A DNA stretch of 64,000 nt from the human T2T-CHM13v2.0 reference genome, Homo sapiens. The position numbers and the translations under genes were made by a program. Numbering within the stretch: position 1 is the first letter of the stretch; the number at the start of each line of letters is the position of its first letter. Shown in pieces: positions 38,859-50,350 of the stretch. A model generated the notes under the pieces. The model saw only the letters and a program-made list of their open reading frames with translations. It searched no databases and was not told the DNA's origin. The stretch lies in the NCBI RefSeq assembly GCF_009914755.1, contig NC_060935.1. The stretch is one strand, 5' to 3'.

Positions 38859-40196
38859 TGCCATACCCAATCACCCTCAGGTTTTCTTGTTTTCAAAAAG
38901 GACTCACGTAACTCAGAAATTTGCTAAGCTCTGACTTTTTTATGTTGCCCAAATTCCTATCTCAGGGGTCTGGGGAGTCACGCCCTACAAACCATAAATT
39001 CTCATCAGATGGGTTTTATTGAAATCTTTATATTATGACTTATTTTCCAATCTGACTCTGGCATAACATAACATGACAAAGAAGAAAATCAAAATATTTT
39101 ACCCCAAAACATGTTTCTTTGTCATAGTTTGAAATGGTCCTGCAAAGCCACCCTTTGTGGGAGCAAATGTGCATCTGTAAAGAATCTCTATTTAAATAGC
39201 TAGATCTTTTTCTTTCAGGCCTTCCCAATCCTGAAGAGATTAACTAAAAGTCTAGTACCTTTTAAAGTCTGAATAGGAAACATCTGTCATCTAATGTCTC
39301 TAAGGGCAGCCATTATGAGACTTCAAAAGAACCTTGGTTTCCACAATCTTTTATCTTAACTTGAACATTTCCCTTCTCTTAATTCCAGGCCTTTAGACAA
39401 ACTCAATAAATTGTAAACCAGAAAACGTTTAAATTTACCTACAGCCTGGAAGCTCCTCTGCTTAGAATTGTCTCACCTTTCTGGTCCAAAACAATATATT
39501 TCTCAATATATTGATGTCTCATGCTTCCCTAAAACCAAGCTGCATCCCAACCACCTTGGGCACATGTTCTCAGGACCTCCTGAGGGCTGTGTCATCGGCC
39601 ATGGTTGCTCATATTTGGCTCAGAATAAATCTCTTCAAATATTTTACAGAGTTTGACTCTTTTCGTTGACATACTCATGATTTCAGTTTATTACAAAGTG
39701 TTACCTAATAAAATCAACAAAGGTAAAAAGTGCATGGGGCACAGTCCAGTAGAGACTACATTCAAGCTTCCAGTTGTATACTCCCAATGGACTCCTACCA
39801 ACAGCACTTAATTTTCTCAGCAATAATGAGGGACAACAGGTATAGAGTATGGCCAGCCAGAGAAGCCCACCCAAGCCTACATGTCCATGGTTTTTATTGG
39901 GAGTCAGTCTGGTAGGCATGGAGCATCTGCATGGCTGACTACTTAGTTACTTAGTCTCCAGCCCCTCCAGGTGTGCAACTGATACAGCATGGTCCACGGC
40001 AGCCACCACAAATCACATTGTTAGCATAGACTATCTGGCATATCTCAAGGCTTTAGGTATATAAAGACACTCTCATCAGGCAAAATATTCCAAAGGCTTA
40101 CTGGTTATCTCCAAGGAGGTATCAAGAGTCAGTTCTCTCTTTAGAATGAATGGGGTTTCAACACCCCAGATCACTTAGTTCATCCTTCACAGCACA
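38859..40196 (-). mobile_element. MER77-like ERVL LTR split by a MER4E insertion (pieces ~38859-38921 and 39672-40196)
   Basis: 'ggactcacgtaactcagaaa' resumes as 'tactcatgatttcagtttattaca...ttagtctccagcccctccag...cacattgttagcatagactatctggc...cagcaca'. Confidence 0.7.
38922..39671 (+). mobile_element. MER4E/MER4E1 ERV1 solo LTR
   Basis: 'ctaagctctgacttttttatgttgcccaaattcctatctcaggggtctggggagtca' to 'gaataaatctcttcaaatattttacagagtttgactcttttcgttgaca'; AATAAA retained. Confidence 0.85.
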
Positions 40197-41390
40197 GGGA
40201 CTAAACCATGGTGGGCTCCATGGGAAGCCTTGAATGCCAGGACAAAAGTAGACAGCTTAATCTAGTAGCAGAGTTTACAATGGGCTAGACAAGAAAAGAG
40301 TAGAAACTAGAGAATCAATTCCAAACTTTTTGTACTCATCCAAGTAAGATACTGAGGTCCTGAGAAGGCATAATAAATGAGGACAAAGGAACATTTTTGA
40401 GCAGAGGAATTATATGAAGAGATTTATTTAAAGTTCAATCAGGCAGCAATGTGCAGTATTGCACTAAACCTTCAAGAACAGGAAAGCCTGAATCCCAACA
40501 TTAAAACTTACCAGCCAAGAAAACACCTTGAACTCCCTAGATAGCTCTTTGTCCATGTGGATAGATGATCCCTACATGTGGTGGGAGGCTTTCACAGTTA
40601 ATCTCTTGAAATGATTTCCAACTTGGTGTGTCTAAAACTATACTCTACTCAAAACAAATGTTGAGGTAAGATACTAACATAAAGCAATAATTAAATATTT
40701 TTCCAGATTTTCTTTTTTTTTTTCTTTCCATTTGGCGTTTCTCCCCATTCCAGCAGTCAGGCTTTCTGTGTTCAAGGATTTAGAAAATGAATGTGACGTC
40801 TCACACGGAGAGAGAGTCTCTCCCTTGATTTTTGTGCATTAGAGGTTCAGGCACTTGGGAAAATACAAAGGGTATACAGCTTAGACAACAAACTGACAAA
40901 AATATCATAAAAACAACTTGGCCTGCCCTAGCTTTCACCCTCAAGGGTATGCCATTGAAAGGGAAGGCAGAGACTAAAGGACAGCCACAGAGGTGTTTTT
41001 ATGTGTGTCACAGGGACAAGCCCAGAATGAACTCTGGGAGGCAGCATGTGCTATGGAGGGGCATTGGGCCCTCCTCCTGGGTGCATCCTCAGGAATGAGG
41101 CAGAACTCCAGAGGAGAAATCACTCCATCATACATAGATGCGTACAGATAGAAAGGGCCTTAGAGAACCTCACAGGCCCTTAAGGTATAGGAGAATGACA
41201 TGCATGCCCCCAAGAATGACTGGAATACGGCAAAGCTAATATGGAAACAAGTGATGCCTCCAGGGACTCCTGTGTACACTGACAAAGCAACGGATGGGAC
41301 AATAGGGGTCTCAGAGGATGCTAGCATGATTACTGACAAAGAGGACCCAATGGGTTCCATCCTAATATGTTGTTAAAAAATAAACTTCCT

Positions 41391-41782
<392 letters not shown>

Positions 41783-43319
41783 TTAGTTTTTCATCAGCCC
41801 CTAACGGAAATAAGAAATTTTCAAGTTATAGAAAAAAATTAAGTTGTATTTTTCACACTTTCTGGATCCAGAGATATATCCACGATGTGATTTCCTTCCA
41901 TGCTGTCCAATGTGTCTCAGCTAGTTTGAAGTATGCTCCCCTAGCACCCTGGCCCCACCTGCCTTCCTCACATTGTATTTAATAGATGTTTGTGCCTCTG
42001 TCTCACTGAGGTGAACACCTTGAGAAAAGAAATTAAATCCTTTACATCTTTAGATCTTTCCTCATGCCTAGCACTGTGATTAGGACACCAAAATGCCTTA
42101 GTAAATTTGGCAAATGGGAGAATATTATCTTAAAAAATGACAAATATAAGAAACTGAGGATGATAAAGACAAACCACAATGCTTCCCACTATGCAAAGTT
42201 ATCCTATCAGGTTTCTGTCAAATTGCCAGTCAGAATGTTTTATGCAATTTGACAGATCTTTTCAGTGACTCTATGAATCTATGAGCTGTTCTAGATTTGT
42301 GTGGACACAGTCAGAGGACCAGCCATAAAGTGAGCCTGACAAAGAAGGAATTTTTACTTTTATGATGTGGGAAATACATGCTGGGAATAAAAGGCCCTAT
42401 TTCCACTGGAGTATATGGAAAATATCCTTTGGGTCGCCAGGAGTCTCACTTCTACAGTGAGATATTTCCATTTTTTTCTCCCTTATATATTTGCCTCTCA
42501 TAGGTTTCCAGTATAAACAATATCAAACACACATGCACGTTTTTCATCGCAGCTCTGTATTCAGATAGGAGATTTACCAAATGTATGTTAATCAAAGAAG
42601 AAACACAGAAAAAGCCAAAGAAAGGAAATAAATGACCCAAACCTATAAAAACAAAGCAATGTCCAACCTTCTTTTGAGGAGCAATTGTTTTCTGCAAAAG
42701 GAAATGATGCAGTAATCCTTTGCCATTTTCCAGATTGCTAAAAGGCAAATGTATCCTTCCAAAGTTAAATATTGCCTTTTTCTCCCCCTTTGAACCTATA
42801 TTTAACTTTAATTTCTGATCAAACTAACTGCCTGTGGAATGACAGAAATTCATTATCCTGTAAAAAGCATTTCTCTTGGTGTCAGGTACCTAGGGGAGGA
42901 AAAAGAACAGTTGCATGGAAACGAGAGGCTCAGGTTCAGGGTGACTTGTGCACGTCTCACGGGCTTGTGACTTATGAATATATGCAAAATGCCTCCATAA
43001 TTTGTTAGATATATATGTAGCTGGAAAAATTAAATACTGCCACAGAGTGTTATTTAAGGAGTGATTGAATCCGTTCTGATAGAGTTAGAATTGATATGTG
43101 CACTTCGCAGAATTTTAAACAAATCTTGAATCAGGCATTTCAATCTTCTCATGACACAGTTCAAGCCCATCCCAAAGCTGTCCTTCCAGGCCTGCACGCA
43201 GAGGTCGAGACCTGACTTCTCTCATCATTTCCAAAATCCTGGCCTCAGGCTCAGAATCCTGTTATCAGAAATGATTTCTTCGGACCAAGAAAAGAAGGTG
43301 CAGTCATAAGCACATCACA

Positions 43320-43480
43320 ATGACATTATAGTGTTGAAAGTGACATGAAAGATAAGTTAGTTCAACCTCCTATCTGAACTAAAAACCTTTCTATATTGTT
43401 ACTTCCAAGTAGCCAAGCAATTTCTGTGCTGCTGGATCACCGGAGCTCTCAGTTGAACAAGTAGCCCATTCAATCTCTTA
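43320..43480 (-). mobile_element. L3/CR1 3' end fragment
   Basis: 'tagtgttgaaagtgacatgaaagataagttagttcaacctcct...ggagctctcagttgaacaagtagcccattc'. Confidence 0.45.
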
Positions 43481-43676
43481 ATAGGGGCCATTTTTTTTTC
43501 TAACATGTAAGTATGACATAAAAATCCACTCCACAGATTGTAATGTTTGGAGAAACCACTTTCCAAGGATGTTATAACAACAAGAACATTAGTATTTATT
43601 TATTGCTTTCAAAGTGCCTGGCTAAATGCTTCATATTTTACATACATCCTTGAATAACTGTCAAAAATGCCATGAA

Positions 43677-44500
43677 CAGAAGTGGATCCAGGTTTGTGTC
43701 ATCTGAAGCATATTCTCTTTAAGAAAGAGAATGAAAAATAACAAATCCAATATTAGGTGCAAAGTAAATGTGTATTTCAAATGGGAAAATAAATCTCAAA
43801 AAGGTACCAATTTTGAAAAATTGATATCAAATACATGACAAAAATCTAGAAAACATGCTGTTTTGGTTCTTTCTAAGGATGCTATGAAGAAATACCTGAG
43901 ACTGGGTAATTTATAAAAAAAAAAAGTTTAATTGACTCACAGTTCTGCATAGCTGGGGAGGCCTCAGGAAACTTACAATCATGGCAGAAGGCACCTCTTC
44001 ACAGGGTGGCAGGAGAGAGAATGAGAGCCGAGCGAAGGGGGATGCCCCTTATAAAACCATTAGATATCTTGAGAACTTACTCAGTATCACAAGAATAGCA
44101 TGGGGGAAACTGCCCCCCATGACTCAATTATTTCCACCTGGTCCTGCCCTTGACATGTGGGAATTATTACAATTGAAGGTGAGATTTGGGTGGGGACACA
44201 GAACGAAACCATATCACATATCAAAAGTTTTTCTTAAGTGCTTTATCACACATCTCTATAGTACTTTTATCTTTTTTTTCAACTGCATGCTCTTAGATCA
44301 CCTGTTAAAGTGACAGTGATTTTGAAATATTAATAAGATTTCTCACTGCTAAGATAGAGGCTTTCCTCTGGTAAGGCTGATTAGAATTTGTTTTTATTAT
44401 TTATAATTTACAAAAACTTTCTCATAACTCTACAATCCATTAAAGCCAACATCATAGACAATTGTAGAATTTTAGCATTTATATTTGTAGAAACTTGTAG
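43677..44500. mobile_element. hAT-Tip100-type DNA transposon relic (Zaphod/MER115-like), interrupted by THE1C
   Basis: Terminus-like 'cagaagtggatccaggtttgtg...ctctttaagaaagagaatgaaaaataacaaatccaatattaggt'; similar sequence resumes after 44216. Confidence 0.5.
43859..44216 (-). mobile_element. THE1C MaLR solo LTR
   Basis: 'ggcagaaggcacctcttcacagggtggcaggagagagaatgag...gagatttgggtggggacacagaacgaaaccatatca'. Confidence 0.9.
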
Positions 44501-44559
44501 AATTCACATGTGATAAAACCAGGATCAAGTTATTACCTTTAATATTTCAGCAGCTGTAA

Positions 44560-45700
44560 GATTCCAGTCTTTTCTATTCTCTGAAAAAGTTGGTGTAAGA
44601 TTGATATTATTTCCTCCCTAAATGTATGGTAAATTTCACCAGAAAAATTACATTGTACCTGGAATGTTTTGTGGAACATATTTTAACTATGAATTCAAGT
44701 TCTTTAATCATTATTAGACTATTCAAATTATGTGTTTCTTCTTTCATCAATTTAATAGGGTTAAGTTTTCCTAGTAATTCACCCATTTTATCTACACATT
44801 CAAAAATTTTGGCACAACTTATTATAAGCTCTCATGATCTTATGTCTATAGAAATGGCTAATTCCCGATATTGGTTATTTGGGCCTTTTCTCTCTTTATT
44901 GATAATTCTTGCCAAGATTTTATCAAATTTATTCATCCTTTCAAGAATCAAGCTTTGGCTTATTGATCCTCTTCATTATGTTTGTTTTCTATTTACATTA
45001 ATTATGTTTATATTTATGTGAATATTTGCTCTTATTTTCATTTTTTGCCTTTCTTCTACTTAATGATTAGTTTATGCTTCTTAAAGCATTTTCTCGAGAT
45101 GATATCTTGTTTTTAATTATCCCACATTATTTGCTATTGGTGTTATTTCAGTTAGAGCTTATTTAGTTTTAACCTCATATTTATGAGTAAGTTCTGGCTT
45201 CTGATATTCTAGACCTTTTTCCTGAAGTATATTCTTCAGCAGTTTGTTTCAGTGAAGTTCACTGAGTGGATTATTTTCTCAATCCGTTGTGTCTGAGAAA
45301 TATCTTTATTTCACTCTATTTCTTTGGTCATGCACTGAATCCAGATTGACAGTTACTCAATCTCTATGAAGATAATATTCCATGATTGTCAGGCATCTAT
45401 TTTGCTCCTGGAAATCTGTTCTCAGCTTAATTGTCAATCCTTTGTTATTTAATTGCCTTTCTTCTTTGATTGCTGAAATGGTAATCTCTTTGTTTTCATG
45501 TTCTATAGTGTCACTACCTGGTTTTTTATATCCCTTCAGGACTTTGTATGCTTCTTTAACCTAAGGACTGATATTTCTGTTATTTATACTGGAAAGCTCT
45601 TAGCTAAAATTGTTCTGAATATTGTTTCTTCCCCCACGTTTTCTAGTCTCCTCTTCAAGGATTCTTATTAGATTTACATACGCTTAATCATCCTGCCCTC
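44560..45700 (-). mobile_element. Old L1M fragments (antisense)
   Basis: T-rich antisense L1 motifs 'gttggtgtaagattgatattatttcctccctaaatgtatggtaaatttcaccag', 'tgtctgagaaatatctttatttcactc'. Confidence 0.7.
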
Positions 45701-45714
45701 TCTTTCTCTAACAC

Positions 45715-46315
45715 CTACATCAATTCTACGGGCAAATGCTGGCTATACCTTAAAAATATACACAGAGCCTGGTTATTTCTCTCTACTTCCACTGCTACAC
45801 CCTGGTTCAAACCATCATCATTTAGTTCCTAAGAATTTGTAGTAGGCTCCTCATTGATTTATTTTGACATTTTTCTTCCTACAGTTTATTCTCCAAGCAG
45901 TGGCCACGATAATCCTGGTAAAGATACTTTTCAGATCGTGTAATGCCTACTCAAAACCCTCCAATAGCTTCCCATTTCACTTCAAGTAAAACTGAAGGTC
46001 CATTCAGTCTCAAAGGCCCTAAAACACCTCCACTCCCCACTGTCACCCTCAGCTACTTCTATGACTTTTTATTCCACTGCTCTGCCCCTCAGTCCACTCA
46101 GAGCCCACAGACTTACTTGTTGTTCCATGAACACACCAACTACTCTGCTCCCATATACTTCCCTTTGCCTACAAATCTCTTTCTTTCCCAAGATCTCTGC
46201 ACCACTCACTTGCCCTCTTCTCAGGGGTTTGCTTCAATATCAAACCTTCCCCCCGGTTATATTTCCCAGTACACTTAAAAAATGCTGCACACATCACAGG
46301 TACTCAATTAATATT
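45715..46315 (+). mobile_element. L2 fragment
   Basis: 'cttccactgctacaccctggttcaaaccatcatc', 'ctcaaaaccctccaatagcttcccatttcact', ending 'ggtactcaattaatatt'. Confidence 0.8.
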
Positions 46316-47164
46316 TTATAGATCATAAAATGTGTATATTTATTTTTGTTTCATAAAGTTTTGTCATTTTTTTACCCTGAGATTTCTAAATAGTAAGTTT
46401 TATTATGATTTATATTTTTTGTATCTTCAGAATTATTTTAAACATAAGTTTTTAGAGCCCTTTCTATTGTTTTATTATCTGAAATTCTTCGATTGCTAAT
46501 CCTCCAGTTTGTGGTGTAGTATTTGATTAGCAATATTTATTGTGAGCCTATTTTCACTGTGGGGTGTTTCACTGTGTAGTCCCTGTGTTCCCCGTCCTGG
46601 GAGCATGCCTACCATGGATTTTGTGTTTGCTTCTGCAAGGAGCCCTTAGGTACTCTCTTGCTCAGTACCAGATTTACCTTAATGTCACCTCCTGTCATTC
46701 CTGCACCACACCAGTTTCTCATGGGCAACTACTGTCTTTTTCTTGTTCAGAGCCAAAAACTCACACTCTCTACAGCTTTACTTTGACTGGTGGGAAGAGA
46801 TTTTCCCCTCATTTGTTTTCATAAAATGGTAGCCTTTCCAGGGCTTCAGTTATGTTCTGTGCAACACTCCCGCAGAATCACCACACTTCCAACTTTAGCA
46901 CTTGTTTGGTTTTAAATTTTCTCTGTGTTTCCAATTTGTGAAAATTTATCCTTGTTTTTCATTTTAAGCTTACATGCTTTGCTTTTTGGTCATGTTTTAA
47001 TCAGCATTTATAAATATTTGTAGTAGGTGGCATCTCTGTTAGCTCAATCCACTATTTAGAATTAAAAGACACCTGTTAAAATTTTTTATTAATTAAAAAT
47101 GTGTAGAAATAAATTCTAAAATAATTGTAAAACTCAACCTTATTATATTATATTCAATATCAGT

Positions 47165-47395
47165 TAACATATAGGCCTGGAAGTAAACCACCTGGTATCA
47201 AGTCCTAGTTCTTCTACTGTCTACTTGAGTAAATTACTTAACTGTCTGTGCCTCCATTTCATCAACGTAAAATGGGGATAATATTAGCACCTGAATTTTA
47301 GTTTCTTTAACCCCTTAATGATTTTAATACTCCTAGAGAACTCAGAATAGCATGAGGTGCATACATTAAGTGCTTGAAAAGATTTAACTAATATA
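47165..47395 (+). mobile_element. MIR SINE
   Basis: 'ttgagtaaattacttaactgtctgtgcctccatttcatcaacgtaaaatggggataatattagcacct'. Confidence 0.8.
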
Positions 47396-47641
47396 ATCCT
47401 CTTCATTATTATTGTATTAAGGTCTGCACATGAATTCCATCCCATATATTTTGGTTAACCATTTATAGTCAGATGTCATATTCTTTTTGCATTCCCAGAG
47501 CCTACAATAATTTCTGGCAAATAATTGGTATTTCTAAAATATTTGTTAACTGAGAGTTATTTTAAAAAGCATTTCAGTCTATTAAGTTTTGAAATGCATG
47601 CTAGAAAGACCCAAAACTTTTACACCTTAGATTGATTACAA

Positions 47642-47643
<2 letters not shown>

Positions 47644-47680
<37 letters not shown>
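47644..47680. repeat. (AC)n microsatellite
   Basis: Pure (AC)18. Confidence 0.97.
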
Positions 47681-47682
<2 letters not shown>

Positions 47683-48224
47683 TATATACATATATGTATG
47701 TATATATTCAGGAATTTTAGCAGTTGCTCAATTCATACTTCTCCAGTTCCTAGGCTTAATTATATTAAAATAATAAAACCTTCCTCAAGAAATTACTCAG
47801 AGAAATTCTATACCCAACCTGATGAAAAATCTAATTTAAAAATTCAATAACAGGGTTATTATGGTTACAAAGAACTGGTGGTAAGCATTAAAGCAATTAA
47901 ATAAAACAAGAATATACATTTGATATCAATATTGTCACAAAAAATAATACAGATGACAACACTGAAATATGCATCTAATATAAATAATATGTTAGTAATA
48001 CTCATTCTACCTAAAATCACCTATTACTAGTAATAAAAATTAGGATGTTGGCAGGGGAATATTGACAAAAACAGAACATGTTAACTTTGTCAATTTTTAT
48101 AGAGAAAAGAATCAACATTCTTCAAATTATTCTGACTATAACTCATAATAAAAAACCCTTTTTAATTTTGTATTACTATCCAGCACAAACATCTTTTTTA
48201 TCAAACATCTTATTTTGTATTCAT

Positions 48225-48280
48225 ACACACACACACACACACACACACACATATGTGTATATATATATACACACACATAC
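48225..48280. repeat. (AC)n/(TA)n compound microsatellite
   Basis: Directly visible. Confidence 0.92.
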
Positions 48281-48598
48281 TTGATTGTTAGGTAAAATGA
48301 GTTTTTAATGTGCACCACAGCTAAAAAGGGCTTGAGACACACTGTTCTAAGTTGGTTTTATGACCTACTATTGTATTGTAGCCCACCATTTTAAAAATTA
48401 GTTAATTTGTCTTTACGTTTTCTTAATCTTGACAAATAGATTAGCTTAAATATTATTTTACGAACACATCTTCAAAGTATAGTTTTAATAAGGATGTGTA
48501 GAATCCACAGTCCAAAAACACACTTCAGTAAAAGAAATGAATCTACAAGAAAGCACACAAAAAACAGAATAAACAAAAATGTAAAAATAAAATAAAAC

Positions 48599-48903
<305 letters not shown>

Positions 48904-49263
48904 AAAATAAAATAAAACACATTTGCTCAAAATAGATAAAAAAAGTTAAACACCCTAATTATAAGTTGAATAATCTGAATGCAGTTTTCAAACAACATGA
49001 TCATATGCAATTAGCAACAATAAAAAATTAATACAATTTTATAATTATAAGCTTTGATCAAAACAATTAGAAAAACAGACAGAAAAAAATGGTTTAATAT
49101 ATCAAAATCAGCTCTAGTAGAATTTCAGAAAATGTTTGGTTAGAAAGACAAAATATATTTTGTATAAGAAAGCAGTACAAATGAGAAAATTTTTACATGT
49201 ATGATTAATAACAGTTTTTTATACTTTTAAATTTGTGTATGAGAAGCTTTTATAAATCAATAT

Positions 49264-49760
49264 TCTATCAGTTTTCTATTGGTACATAAATTATTTCAAA
49301 ACTTAGCAGCATTCAAAATTAAGCAACAAGCATTTGTTATCTTTATGTTTTTGTGGTTCAGCAATTCAGGAGCAGCTTAGTTGGGTGGCCCTGACAGGGG
49401 CATCTCATGAGGTTACAGTCAAGATATTGGCTGTGGCTGCAGTCATTTTAAGCCTTGACTCAGGCTGTAGGATTCACATCCAAGAGGGCTCATTCACATG
49501 ATATTGACAGGAAGCCCTCCTTAGGGCTCCTAGAGTGTCCTCACAACGTGGCAGCTAACTTTCCATAAAGAGAGTAATCTAAGAGAGTCCACAAAGCACA
49601 AAATTGTGTTTTATGACCTAGGCTTGAAGGTCATATACCATCACTTCAGTTATATTCTACCATTCACACAGGAAAACATGAAAACAATGTAGAAGAGGAT
49701 TACATAAGTGTATTAATACTTGGAAGCTGAATCACTAGCACTTAACTTAGAGCAACTACA
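49264..49760 (-). mobile_element. MLT1F-like MaLR solo LTR
   Basis: 'caattcaggagcagcttagttgggtgg...tctcatgaggttacagtcaagat...gagtgtcctcacaacgtggcagctaactt'. Confidence 0.75.
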
Positions 49761-50350
49761 ACTTAAAAAAAATTGCCCAAAATGCACAAAGACTGTGAAT
49801 GTCAAATCACCAAGTAAGACATACAAAAATTAAATGAACATGAAAAAACTGACTCCTAATTCTAAAAGCAAATAATATTTAATATGTATTAAGTTCATGA
49901 ATAAGTAATTGTGGTTTTTGCCATTACTTTTAATCACTTTAATGGCAAAACCATAATTACTTATTCACCAATCTAATAAGCCTGAAAAGTCAAGTGTAGA
50001 TGAGAATTAAGAGCAATAGAACCCTTACATTGCTGGTGGAGTACAAATAATTTCAGCCACAGTGGAATTCAACATTATCTACCAAAGGTAAAGTTGTGAA
50101 TATCTTGAGATCTAGCAATACTGCTCCAAACAACTTTTTGCTCTACTCTAGGGAACTTCCTTCACATGTGTACCAGAAAAAATTCAAAAATGTTCTTAGC
50201 AACATCATCTGTAATAGCAGAAAAAAAATACTAGAAATAAGGTAATTGGTGTTTGTTATCTCTGAGTTTTGAATTGTGATAAAATTTTAAAGTTTCTTTT
50301 TTTCTATTTCTGTATTTCCTAAATTTACCATTACAAATAATGTCAAAAAC
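49761..50350 (+). mobile_element. Old L1ME 3' fragment (hosts the MADE1)
   Basis: 'gagcaatagaacccttacattgctggtggagtacaaat', 'cacatgtgtaccag...aatgttcttagcaacatcatctgtaatagca'. Confidence 0.6.
49889..49976. mobile_element. MADE1 (Hsmar1-derived mariner MITE), palindromic
   Basis: Terminal inverted repeats 'ttaagttcatgaataagtaattgtggtttttgccatta' / 'taatggcaaaaccataattacttattcaccaatctaa'; flanked by TA on both sides. Confidence 0.92.

Noticed and set aside
43981-45021. 110-aa and 131-aa ORFs
   Set aside because: Translations of the THE1C LTR and of antisense L1M sequence.
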